Shown: positions 35,801-48,329 of the stretch, piece after piece | Layout of the letters: each line of letters begins with the position of its first letter | Position numbering within the stretch: the stretch's first letter is position 1 | Assembly (NCBI GenBank): GCA_016748015.1 | Contig: JAAOMT010000301.1 | Location: 1-64,000 of the forward strand | Direction of reading: 5' to 3' | DNA: 64,000 nucleotides | Source of the DNA: Geosiphon pyriformis uo1 | Lineage: Eukaryota > Fungi > Glomeromycota | The notes under the pieces: model-generated | Seen by the model: the letters and a program-made list of their open reading frames with translations, nothing else | Databases searched by the model: none | What the model was told of the DNA's origin: nothing | Translations under genes and position numbers: made by a program

Positions 35801-38438
35801 GCATTGATCAATGGAGCCATCCAAGAAGATGTCCGCCAAATGAAAAAAGCTGAATATATTGAGTATACCATGGAATTAGCTGGATTCGATTATGAAGATA
35901 AAGTAGAAACCTACCACCAAATTGCAAGTCACACATATCTGACCAAAGAAGCTCAAATTTAACGATTAGAACAAATGAACATTCAATTGTGTGAAAAATG
36001 TGTTATGCCTTGTAATAACCAATGGTGTTTAGAATGTTATGCTCTTAGCATTTCTCTGCCAGATGAGAATGATGAAAATGAAATCGAATTTGGAGTATCT
36101 GAACTAGTAGAAGAACTACCAACCACTCCCATCTATTTTCTTGAAAAACAACCACCTCTACAACTTAAATATTTTGACAACCATGGCCAAGGAATCAGAC
36201 CAGAAAAAGCACACGAAATTGATGCTGGATATGACCTAAGATATCCAGAAAAAGATACTTTGATTCTTCAACCAAAGTCTTTAACAAAAATCAATCTCAA
36301 AATTGCTCTTAAAATTCCACCAAGAGCAATGGTTTAAATTGCCTCCAGATCATCATTAGCAAGCAAAGGAATCAATATTAGAGAAGGAGTTATAGATGCA
36401 GGATACACTGGAGACATTACCATCATGTTACAGAATGAGACAGACAAACCATTCAAAATTGAACATGCTGAAAAAATTGCTCAAGCAATTTACTTACTCT
36501 TAATCAACATTTCGGGTTTACAATCAGTAAACAACAGAAAACAATTGGGAAAAAGTGAAAGAGGAACTCAAGGTTTTGGTTCAACTGGACGATTTACAGT
36601 CCCAGTAAACATAGTTTTTAATACACAAAATAAATCTCACCAGATTCTTCAACTTCCTCAGCCAATTACCATTTTATCTTTTGGAGAACATCACGAAATT
36701 TACACTTGCTCAAAACCCACCACTACACAACAAATCTTTGAATCCAATGAACAAATCTGTTTAAAGCATGAAATATCAATTCCAAACGTTTATATTCCCA
36801 AAGGAATGAAAAAATTTTGAGTTACATTCTACAACCCCAATAATTACCCTATTGTTTTATTAAACAAATTAAAAATTGGAATCATACACAGCAATATCTT
36901 TCAAGATGAAAACCCTCAAATTGTCTCTAATTTCATCGAAATTGTAAAGCACACTTTACTCTCAAATCCAAATATCATTCCCATTACTGAAAACTACCAC
37001 TTGTTGGAAAAAAAACTCTTTCAAATCAATATGGGTCTTTTAGAACCTCAACAACAAAGACAATTGAAACAATTGATAGCTGAATTTGCAGATATATTTG
37101 CAAAAGACAACAATGACTTGGGAAAAACAGACATTGTTCAACATCAGATTCATACAAGAGATGCTTTACCAAAACATCAACAAGCTTATCGAATGCCACC
37201 TGCCAGCCACCAATTCATCAGAGAAGAGGTCCAAAGAATGCTTAATAACGGATTGATTCAACTATCAAGAAGTCCTTGGGCCTCACCAATAGTTTTAGTT
37301 AAAAAAAAAAACGGAAAAATCAGATTCTGTGTTAATTATAGACAACTGAATAATGTTACAATTGGAGATGTCTACCCTCTTCCAAGCATTGATGACATGC
37401 TAGATGCTCTGGGAAAAGCCAAGTTCTTTTCAACTTTAGACCTGGAAAGTAGATACTGGCAAGTCGAAATGGACCCAAAAGATAGATCCAAAACAGCATT
37501 CACCACTCAAAAAAGAAATTATGAATTTAATGTTATGCTTTTTGGACTCTGCAATGCACCAGCAATATTTCAGCGACTCATGGATGTTGTCTATGAAGGG
37601 CTCTTGTGGCAATCAGTAGTTGTTTATCTTGATGATACTGATGTATACTTACTAAGCTTTGAAGCCCATTTCATTCACCTATGAAAAGTTTTTCAACAAT
37701 TACGGAAAGCAGGATTAAAGTTAAATATTGAAAAATGTCACTTTAGAAAAACAAAGCTTGATCTTTTTTGGACACATAGTTAGTAAAAATGGAATCAAAC
37801 CAAATCCAGGAACAATCAGTGCTGTCAAAAACTTTTAAACCCCCAGAAATACTACAGAACTAAGAGGATTTGTGGGATTAGCCTCTTACTATTGAAAATT
37901 CATAAAAAGATTCTCAGAAATTGCCAAACCACTCAATTATCTTACCAACAAAAACGTACCATACAAATAGACTAAAGAACAACAAAAAGCTTTTGAAATT
38001 CTCAAAACAAAATTAACAACAGCCCCAGTTCTTGCTTACCCAGATTTTAACAAACAATTCCAATTAGCCACTGATGCTTCACACATAGCATTTGGTGCCA
38101 TCTTATCACAATTGGATGAAAATGGCCAAGAACAAGTTATTGCCTATGCCAGCAGAACACTCAAGCCAACAGAACTCAAATATGGCTCAACTGAATTAGA
38201 AGCTGCTGCAGTTATTTGGGCTCTTAAACATTTTCAACAATATCTGAAGAATGGAAAAGAATTTGACATAATAACGGACAACATTGGCCTCAAATGGCTC
38301 AATAAAAAGAAAACTGAACAAAGTGCCAAACAGTCTCAATGGAATAACTTCTTAGCAGACTACAGATATATTGTACATCACAAACCAGGAAAACTACATA
38401 CCAATGTTGATAGCCTCTCAAGAATGAGACAAGATTAA
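32816..38438 (+). pseudogene. Element E gag-PR-Cys-rich-dUTPase-RT-RNase H polyprotein
   Basis: GTG start; MATAYIAKIPEFTG; CHYCGISGHW; LILDSGSAGS; CxxC cluster; DAGYDL, SRSS, VIDAGYTG, RGTQGFGSTG (36170-36600); VYLDD; NVDSLSR*. Confidence 0.92.
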
Positions 38439-38495
38439 TACCAACAATAATTCCACCACAACTTACCAACTTACCAACAAAATAACCAAACAAAA

Positions 38496-38778
38496 ATAGA
38501 TCCCAGAAACTACAGCAATCTTAAAAATTATTTGGAGACTTTTACCATGCCAGAAAACTGGTCTCCAAGTGAAAAACACTGCTTACAACACCAATCAAAA
38601 CAATATTTCATATACCAGAACAAAATCTATTATAAAAATCACAAAAAACCAAACCAGCCACTCAGATTAGTACAAGAGAATAAAAAAGAAACAATTTTAT
38701 ACAACATGCACACAGATCCGTTTTCAGCACACTTGGGAAAAGAGAGAACAATTCAAAGAACCCTTGAACATTATTTTT
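38496..38778 (+). pseudogene. Element E integrase N-terminus (rest in gap)
   Basis: (ATA)DPRNYSNLKNYLE...MHTDPFSAHLGK, after the RH stop and a G-free spacer. Confidence 0.8.
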
Positions 38779-39723
38779 NNNNNNNNNNNNNNNNNNNNNN
38801 NNNNNNNNNNNNNNNNNNNNNNNNNNNNNNNNNNNNNNNNNNNNNNNNNNNNNNNNNNNNNNNNNNNNNNNNNNNNNNNNNNNNNNNNNNNNNNNNNNNN
38901 NNNNNNNNNNNNNNNNNNNNNNNNNNNNNNNNNNNNNNNNNNNNNNNNNNNNNNNNNNNNNNNNNNNNNNNNNNNNNNNNNNNNNNNNNNNNNNNNNNNN
39001 NNNNNNNNNNNNNNNNNNNNNNNNNNNNNNNNNNNNNNNNNNNNNNNNNNNNNNNNNNNNNNNNNNNNNNNNNNNNNNNNNNNNNNNNNNNNNNNNNNNN
39101 NNNNNNNNNNNNNNNNNNNNNNNNNNNNNNNNNNNNNNNNNNNNNNNNNNNNNNNNNNNNNNNNNNNNNNNNNNNNNNNNNNNNNNNNNNNNNNNNNNNN
39201 NNNNNNNNNNNNNNNNNNNNNNNNNNNNNNNNNNNNNNNNNNNNNNNNNNNNNNNNNNNNNNNNNNNNNNNNNNNNNNNNNNNNNNNNNNNNNNNNNNNN
39301 NNNNNNNNNNNNNNNNNNNNNNNNNNNNNNNNNNNNNNNNNNNNNNNNNNNNNNNNNNNNNNNNNNNNNNNNNNNNNNNNNNNNNNNNNNNNNNNNNNNN
39401 NNNNNNNNNNNNNNNNNNNNNNNNNNNNNNNNNNNNNNNNNNNNNNNNNNNNNNNNNNNNNNNNNNNNNNNNNNNNNNNNNNNNNNNNNNNNNNNNNNNN
39501 NNNNNNNNNNNNNNNNNNNNNNNNNNNNNNNNNNNNNNNNNNNNNNNNNNNNNNNNNNNNNNNNNNNNNNNNNNCACTTAAATTTTACAATAATTCTCTA
39601 ATAAAAACACAAAGACAAAAATAGTAAATAATTACAAAACACCCAAACCCAAAAACAAATAAAAACCCCATATCCAAAAATCATTTTCTTTATTCTCTCT
39701 TTTCATAATTAGTCAATTTTATC

Positions 39724-40431
39724 ATGATTATTCCCCGAAATATTCAACAAATATCCCAAAAATTAATGTTAGCCTTGAAAACACTCCCTGACTTATCTAT
39801 AATGATTAATGGAAGTCAAATTAATTACATTCAGAAAGAAACCACAGCCCCAGTAGCAAATTATTTACAGAACTATCACCTCTATAGAAGAAAAACAAGA
39901 AGTCACTCTGAGAATAGATTACCAAGACTTGTGAAGCAGGCACTAGAAAAAAATCTTTTAATTGCTCCTATTGACATTCCACCAAATACTACAATGCAAC
40001 AAAAATTTCTACTACTTCTCAATAAACAAAACAATGAACACACTCCTATTTATAAATACTTTCACATTGGAAAGACACTTTATGAACGAAAACTGGAACT
40101 TGAAACAACAAATCTCACTTCTGAAGTTATACAAAAACAAATCCACAATGAATTCAAAACAGCAGCTGGACCAACAAACACTCACTACAAACTTAGAGCA
40201 GTTCTTAGACTCTATGACTTGTTTAATACTTGTGAAAATGTTCTACAAAATCCAATACTGCAATCAATAAAAGTCCAATACATTGGCAAACTCACAGAAC
40301 TGAAATTTCAACAATTTTCAGACCAGATTACTTCAATTATTTTAGATCACTATCTCAATATTACAAATAGTGCTTGGATTTCGATGGAGCTCAGTCTTGA
40401 GGAGAAGATTATGTTACCAGTAGAATTTTAG
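39724..40431 (+). CDS. Element E ORF3, intact 235-aa accessory ORF of unknown function
   Basis: ATG-started, uninterrupted, runs across the PPT into the LTR; homologous to ORF3 remnants of A and D; no obvious TM segment. Confidence 0.8.
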   Translation: MIIPRNIQQISQKLMLALKTLPDLSIMINGSQINYIQKETTAPVANYLQNYHLYRRKTRSHSENRLPRLVKQALEKNLLIAPIDIPPNTTMQQKFLLLLNKQNNEHTPIYKYFHIGKTLYERKLELETTNLTSEVIQKQIHNEFKTAAGPTNTHYKLRAVLRLYDLFNTCENVLQNPILQSIKVQYIGKLTELKFQQFSDQITSIILDHYLNITNSAWISMELSLEEKIMLPVEF

Positions 40432-41385
40432 CTATTAATTAGCATGAAATTACCCATATAATTCCTATAATTTATTAGTATATTAATATCATTTCAAATT
40501 ATCATTTATTATTTAATCAATTATCACATATCACGATCCAATTAAAATAATCTAATTAGTATAACAGAAAGTAGGATGATCAAATTACACAATATCCTGA
40601 ACTTTGTAACATTCAAAAATTTGCTGAAATTTACAGAAATTCGCCGAAATTATAAATAGTTCACCCAAATTAATCAATAGTTCAGCAAAATAACTTGTAG
40701 TTCATCAAAATATATTTTTAGTTCGCCAAAATTTGAGCAAAAAGAAAAAGTGCAAGTTCATAGACTAGTATTACAACAAGTTGTATAAAAAAAGAGCTTT
40801 TCTCTTCTGGAAAATGTATTTTACTTTAGATTTATCTCTTAAAACTGTTCCTATACACACAAAAAGAAATAAATATCAAATAATTTGAAAAAACCAAATT
40901 CTTTAATTATTGTACTTGGAAAAACCCCCAAAAACCCAATTAACATTTCGAAATTGATTAGCTACCAATTTCAGTAAACTGTTAGTAACTTCAGGCCTGG
41001 ATAAAAAACGTTTTCCTTGATAAAAACTTATTTCTTTTACATTTCTTTTATTTTTCTTTTCTTTTCTTATTACAATTATTAGGGTAGTCTACAGACGAGA
41101 TTCCTGTAGAAGAGTTGACTTTCACAGCAAAGTAACTACATATTTTTAGTGAGCTTCCAGATAAGCAATTCCTGGAAAAAAGTTGACGTTTACTACAATG
41201 TAACTACATAAAGTAACTGGCAAGGAATTGGCCATTCCACTTATAAGTCCAGCAGTTCAAATTATAGAAGATAATTTGAAGATAAATTCAGTTATTGAAG
41301 GTTCAACCACATCCAGAAAACGTGAATTCACAACAAACAGGCATCAACAACATTTAAGAAAAAAGACCAAAAACCTCTGGTAACA
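40412..41385 (+). repeat. Element E 3' LTR
   Basis: Direct repeat of 31756-32770. Confidence 0.92.
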
Positions 41386-41389
41386 CCAT

Positions 41390-44300
41390 TTTGAGTGAAG
41401 CTAGAACCGTTATTTTCATTATTTTCATTGTCAGAGTTTGAATTGGAATTGAAAATTGATTCTGATTCTGATGCACAGTTGCTGATTGGTTCTTTTTTTT
41501 CTGGGATCATGTAAATCATGCATGATGGTAAATTGTAAATGAGATCACACTTATTATAATATTAAAAGTTACATGAAATCAAACAGTAGTTACATAGTTA
41601 AGTATTGATTTCTTCCAAGCATTGCTTCTGCTCTTCTCTTGTAGGTGCTAGCTCTTGATAATGTTTGTGGAATTGTTCTGGATCTAGGAAATTTATGACT
41701 GGTTCTGGGTCCCAGTCGAGTTCTATAGATTCAGATGGGTTATTTTTAATTGTTTTTATCTTTTCTGGTGTTACTCCTTCAATTTTGGTGAGTGTCATTC
41801 ACCAGATTTTGTTATCATCATGTGGACATCTGTTCAGATATTTGACGGCTCGTCTCCAGGCAGTGTCTATGGGTGTTCCTTTCCTTACCCAGTTGCTTAT
41901 AAGAATTGTATCAATACACAATTCATCCTTTCTTGCCCAGAAATGTCATTTCACATTCTTTCGTCCAGAAAAGTTTTTTCACAAGCCAAGCATGGTTTAT
42001 TGTCCCATTTCCCAACCCATTTTGGCCTTCCAAAGTGTTCAATAATGCATGGGTGGCAGTAAAATTTTGTTTCTGAAGTGTACTCTTTATTGTCACCACA
42101 ACAAGCACCCATTGACAACAATTTCTTGCTGCAATTGACGCATACCAGTTTTGGACAGCAATAAGTGGATTGGTGAGGTGTAGTGTAAGAATTATAAGTG
42201 GAATTGCTGTTGGTTGTTGGTTTTTTTTCCTTCCCCTTTCCTTTTCCCTTTTTGTTTTCTTTCCATTTCCAATTTATTTATTCTTTCTGATTATTGTTGG
42301 TTTCCTAGACTTGGTCGGCTTTCTAAGTAAGTTTTTTGCTCTGCTTTCCTTGCTGTTGTCATTCCACAAAGATACTGGTGGCAGTTCATTGTGTTTGGTG
42401 TTGGCCCAGGAAACTTGGTAGACTTCCCAGATAGGTTTCTTTTTTTCTTTCTCGAATTTGATAAGTGGAGTTGTTAAGTTGGTAGTCTTGAAATGGCCAC
42501 ACATGGCTGGTATGCATGTGTGTTGGCTGTTCTGGCTAATTTGAAGCTCCTGCATATTCCAATCAAACAACACATTGGTTTTGGATAGCCAATTATTCCC
42601 AACAAGTGCTTGATATTGAGTGGCTCCATGACCAGTACTTTGATTGGGATCATGATACCATTGACTTTGATAGAGAAGTTGTCGATCTCACCAATGGGAG
42701 TTTTTGTTGCTCTATTAGTGGTTATAATCCTGGTGCTGGCAGCATGATTAACTCAGCAACTTAATTGGTTCATGAGTTGTTTTGTAATAATGCACCAGCT
42801 GATTCATTATCTAAGATCAGTTTGATGAAGTGGCCATCAACTTTGACATCAGTATATATGGCCATAATAGGTTTTTCTTTCAGAGCAGCTCCACTAAATA
42901 ATGACATGGTCGATAGTTCTTCAAGTTTAAATGGAAAGATGGCATCCAGTGATTTGTTCTTGGTGATAGTAGCTGGTGAAATGTTGCTGGTAAGTGTTGG
43001 TTGTTGGTTGGTCTCTAAATTATTGGGTTGGGCATCTTCTGTGATAACCAGAAAACTTAAATAGTTCTGGAAATTCGGGTTTTGGGTGTATCTGGTGCCC
43101 GAATTCTATTGTCAAAATCCTGCTGCTTGTGTGGAAGAACTGGGGATTGGTTAGTGAACTAACATTAACAATCTTCAGCTTTGTTGGATCAATCTTGGCC
43201 TTTGGGTTCTGTTTTGAAGTAAGTTTTGTAGCAGTGTTTGAATTTGTTGGGCTAATAAATTACCTGAAACTGCGGCTGATAAATGGGTTGTAACTGCAGC
43301 TAATAAATTGTTAGTGTTATTGGTTGATAAATTGGCGTTTGATATACTAGTGGATGATAAAGTGGCTGTTGTGTCATAAGTATGTAATTCTAATAATATG
43401 ACTCTGAGTTTGGTAGGTTATTTGGAATTTGAAATTGATGATTGGGGTTTTGATATTGATTTTCTGATCATTGGTTATTTAAGCAATGATGGCAATCAAT
43501 TTGTAGGTGTCTTTGTTTACCACAATAGTGACAAACACGCATTTCTTGTTACCACTGTTAATTGGTTGATGATGATGTATGCAACTGATTCTAGAAACAA
43601 TTTGCGTTTCCAGAATTATTGCATTGTTGTAGTGGTTAATAAATTGCATGATTGTTAGCTAAATATCTCTCTAATTTCTGATTGATGGAATCACTAAATT
43701 GTTTTAATTTGGAATCCAATTCAGATGATCTATTTATTACTAAGTTAATGGTTTGGGCGTGGTTAGCTTCGAGTTCAGTGGCTTCTAAATCTCAGGCATT
43801 TGTGATGGCTGCTTGTAGATTGATAAGATACAATAGACATATACATTGCAGAATGTTATTGCATAATCTGTGAATAAACTGATTTAGGATCTGGGCCACT
43901 GTAAAATAATTGGCATCAATGGCTTGGATCTAGTGCAGATTTTTGTGGAAGCATTCTAAATAAGTAGTGACTGCTTCATTTTTTTCTTGTTTGATAGTAG
44001 TAAATGTGTTTGCTAGCCTGTTAATGCTGTTATTATTGCTGAAATATCTTAAGAACTCAATTTTGAATGCATTAAAATCTTGGGGTTTGTTGACCAGACT
44101 TTGGTACCATGAATTAGCAGTATTCTGGAGAAAATATGGAATGGCTTACATGGCTTTGGCATCATTCTATCTATTAGCTGCAATGGCTTTCTTCACATCA
44201 TTTAGCCATATTTGGATGTCATTCTCTTCACCAGTGAATTTTTTAAGTTTGGCTATTGGTGCATATACCATTGGATCTAAGTTGGGTTGTGGTTGCTGTT

Positions 44301-45171
44301 GAATTTGTTGTTAAAGTAGTGGTTGTGGCTGTTGTTGCTGTTGGACATTTGGTGGAGCTGGTAGTAGATTAATCATGATTACTAGAGGTAAATACTGATT
44401 AATTACATTGGGGTTTTGATTATTCTGATTTTCTGGAGTTTGATTAACCAGAGTTTTAATTTCTAAATGTTCTAGGATTGGGTTTTGCTTATTAACTTTC
44501 CAATTGCTACTCTCTTCTTCCTTAGAATTGGTTATTTCTCAAGAACTAATGGCTCTGAAATCTGGTTGTGGTGGTGATAATCGAATTCCTAATAGTATTG
44601 GGGATCATAATTTAAATCCCTCAAAATAATTGCCATATGTTCCTAATAACTCTGCCTTCTTTTGTTTATTTTGGAATAGAATTCTGTTTAGTGGCATTGT
44701 TGTGCTTGTTGTAGCTGTGTTTATTATATTGATAGTGCTTCTGGGTATGTAGTGATATGATGGATTAGCAGATAAATTAAACATTTGTTTCTTCTAAGTA
44801 AATAGTTGGATTTGCTTTGGTGTTTTTGCTGGTATTTGTAGCTTTCCTTTGCTTTTGTCTGCAAAAGTAATAGAAAATCTCTGTTTGGTGTATTTTTCAA
44901 TTTTCCTGTTTATTTTTGTAATTAGGGGTGCAAATAAGTAATTTTGTAAAAGAGTAGTGCTTTGGAGTAATTCACTAAAGAAGTTGTTAAAGGTGGAATC
45001 TGGATTTTCTTGGCCTCCCAAGTGATATACTATTCTTTTATTGACATAGTAATTGAAAGTTGATTTGGTTGGCCAACTATTATTTGTTAATCCGAGATGA
45101 GTGTGATAGTGTTGGAATAAAGATTTTGCAAATCCTAAATGGTTTGTTCCTATTTCTTTGGATTCTGCCAC
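41390..45171 (-). pseudogene. Element D gag, protease and Cys-rich domain
   Basis: GTG start (VAESKEIG); MVYAPIAKLKKFTG; decayed CCHC; LILDNESAG; CVNC/CHPC/CLAC. Confidence 0.88.
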
Positions 45172-45233
45172 TGTTTGGATAATTATAGTTGGTGCTGTTT
45201 TCTGTAGGATTATATCTCACAGAGAGCACCAAA

Positions 45234-46117
45234 TGTTATAGATGATTATTTGGGGTCTCAAATCAAATAACAAATCCGTAACTTGGTGCTCAATATCTTA
45301 ATAATGTTGGTAATACTGGTATGTTGATTGTATCTGAAGGTTTTAGAGTTGAGTCTTTTGTATAATGAACAGAGATTTAATAATGATGTAGTTGGTTAGT
45401 GAGTTGTGTTCCCAATTTCTGTTTTCAGCTTGGTGGCTAGTTTATTCTGGTAGTCGTGCTCTTTTGGTAAGCTATTCGTTAATATATATATAATTTTACT
45501 CTTATTTCTGGGTTTTTTATCAGGCTATCCATGACATCAATTACTCAATGCTTTAATCTTTAATCAGTTAGTATATAACAGTAAAAATTAAAGAAATAAA
45601 TAAATAAAAAAAAATAAAGAAATGAGCCAAGGCAATATGCATATTAGTATTTTGTCAATAGCCATGATCAAGAGCTATTGTTCTAGTGTGGTTAGATATC
45701 AATTACTATCAACATAAAGTGTTGATAATAGAGAGTAGATTTGGATAGTGAATGATTTATTTATTTAATATTTGTAGATAGAAGATTTCTAACTAAAAGA
45801 TTTTTATCTTTCTACTTCTAATGCTACCATTATATATACATAATTGATGTTCTACAAGATCGCTTACATTTTTGAGTGATGTGCTATGATTTTTTGAGTA
45901 ATGCTCACATTGCTAAGTGATGTGCTCTAATTTTCTAATATCGCTCCACATTACTGAACAATATGCTGTGTTTTCTGACATTGCTCCACATTGCTGAGCA
46001 ATGTGCCGTGATTTTTATTATTGCTCTACATTACTGAGCAATATGCTCACATGCTATATACTATTCACTCATTAGTCTACTATTCTCTCTATATCTGTTT
46101 TTTTTTTATGAGTAATA
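45234..46117 (-). repeat. Family-B 5' LTR of D
   Basis: Adjacent PBS TGGTGCTCTCTGTGAG on - strand; right flank ACTG. Confidence 0.9.
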
Positions 46118-48329
46118 ACTGTATTAGATAAGCAATTTTTGTATCTGGTATTTGTTGTTTTCCAGTCTATAGTTGATTACAAATTACAATTTAGTTATGC
46201 TTCTGTGAATGTATGTAAAAAATGGAACAAATTATTGGAAAAAAAGTTGAAGCTAAAGACCAATTTGCCCAAAAATTTTTCTAATAAAGCCATTTTTTAT
46301 ATTGAATTTTATGGTCTCAAATTTTTTAGACAGATACAAACTGAGAATTTGATAACTAATCTGATCATTTTTGCTAACTTGGAAGAAATTCTTGGCAGAT
46401 TATTTAATTATAGAGCTATGAATTTGCAGGCCACCAGCTGAATGTTCTGGCACCTACTTAATTTTCCAGTTATATTGTTAATCAATTCAATAAACTGTTT
46501 TTTTGCAGATAAGACTATTATTCTGGCATCATGTAATTTGTTTTTAAAAAACAATCTTCTAAATGTTTTTTAGGCTGGTGATAGTATTGCTATTGTTAAT
46601 GTTCTGAATTTAGATTATTACATTAGCATAATAAGATTTTTAAAAAAGTTTAGCATTGCTTTTGCTAACCAACTTCTGGATTATTATGGAGTTTGCTTTA
46701 TATAAAACATATTTTGCAGATGAAAAAAAGTCAATCTTAGAAGTCTTGTTTCAAATTAGTTCAGTTTACTTGTTACATTTATTAAAAGTGGTAGTTTGGC
46801 CAACCATAATGCTTTGGCTTCTCATTCTGCATATGTTGGCCAATCATGTAACTTCAAGTTTGTCAAAAAGCATTTGCTAATTAATAAAGTAAAAAAAATA
46901 GTTGTCTATACAAATAGTTCAGTTAAGAGTCTTGGTTCTGTTAATGTTTGTGGTAATATAACTGTATACTTGTTAAACATTAATACAAGTATTAAAATTA
47001 GAGTGAATGGTTTGTTCTCCTTAACTCTGATAAAACTACAAGCTATTGCATTTGTATTAAATTGTATTCTTATGTTTAGCTTGGTTATATTGTTTACTAA
47101 TAGTTAAGTGTTTTTGAATATTTGTATTTTGAATGTAAAATATGCTAGTTTTGACTTTTGTAACAAATGCTGAATCAAAAAAAAGCACATTTGTTAAAAT
47201 ATTATATCAAAAAATTTATTAGTCAGTTAGAATAAAGTCAAAAGTTATTTTGGTGTTATTGAAAATAAATGTATAGACTTTTTTGTTGGTTCAGCTACTA
47301 TATTTGGTTTTACTATGCCTGTTAGAGTACTATACTATTTTTTTATTATTAAAGATAAACCAATTTCTGAAAATGCATACTATCTTATTAGGCAAATATT
47401 TAATGCTGTTGGCTTTATTAACTAAAAGTCCAAATGCACTGTTGGTATTGTTGATTTGACATTTTGCAATTTTTTTAATATATGTAAGATATTTGCTATG
47501 TAATATCCTAATGGTTATGTTAGATCTGGTTTTACTAGTTTTGTTTCTACAGTACTTAGATCTTATTTTATAAAGGCCATACATTATTATTTGTCTGTAG
47601 CTAAGAGAAAAAGACTTTATAATTCTAATTATTCTAGTGTGTTATGCATCTAATACAGGCTAATTAAGAATTCTGATCATGTGTTTTCATGTATTTATAA
47701 TGTTTACACTAAGAAGAATCTGATTTCAAATACTATTTAAAAGTAAATTAATTTGCTAAATATTTGTGCCATTGATTGCAAAATAATTCAATCCTTGCAT
47801 AAAACAAAATTTTCTAATTATTTGTATATGTTATTGGCTAAGAGCTTTGTATTAAAAAAATGAATAGCTGAAACAATATGTTCACTGAGTGTTGGATCTA
47901 ATAATAATATGATGATTATTAATCTGGTCAAAAGTTTTGCCAAAAGTTACAGAACTGCCATCTGATTGTTGAGCATATGACTAAGAACATATTATGAAAA
48001 ACATGATTTTCTGCTCCATAATAGATCAGTTGTTCTTTCTGTTTTGGGTTTGTCATCTTTGTGAACTCTCAAAATAATTCATAACTTTGGTATCAGGTTG
48101 GATATACATGTGTGTTTTGGCTTGCACTCTCTTTTGACTAGTTTGCATTTTGGTTTTATGTGAGATTTCCCTGTTGTGTGTAACGTAGATGTATAGTGTT
48201 GTTTTGACTGGCACAAGTTGCTGGTTACGTGTAGAAAAGGCATGAACCACGCTTAATTTAGAATCTTCCTTGATTGTATGTCATTAGGTAGTGGTTGGGC
48301 TGCACTCGTAAAACTTAATAAAAAAAAAA
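46118..48329 (+). mobile_element. Decayed LINE ORF2 3' half (RNase H, CCHC-type finger, poly-A tail)
   Basis: TVLDKQFLYLV continues the half broken at 10660; VYTNSS (YTDGS-like) and IKLQAIAFVL RNase H motifs; C..SDHVFSC near 47650-47690; ends TTAATAAAAAAAAAA. Confidence 0.78.

Larger units (their letters stand above)
31756..41385 (+). mobile_element. Ty3/Gypsy-type LTR retrotransposon E (full length, dUTPase-containing, 796-N gap in IN)
   Basis: LTRs 31756-32770 and 40412-41385; TSD TCAT/CCAT; PBS 32773; PPT GAGGAGAAGATTA. Confidence 0.95.
25436..46117 (-). mobile_element. Family-B LTR retrotransposon D (decayed; contains element E; its two LTRs have non-matching flanks)
   Basis: 5' LTR 45234-46117, PBS, gag-PR-Cys 41390-45171, dUTPase-RT-RH 29417-31755, IN, ORF3, 3' LTR. 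Confidence 0.9.

Noticed and set aside
38764-39624. Long ORFs of 268-349 aa in the ORF track
   Set aside because: Artefacts of the 796-N gap
39724-40431. ORF3 as a true envelope glycoprotein
   Set aside because: No signal peptide, TM anchor or Cys pattern visible, and much shorter than Env
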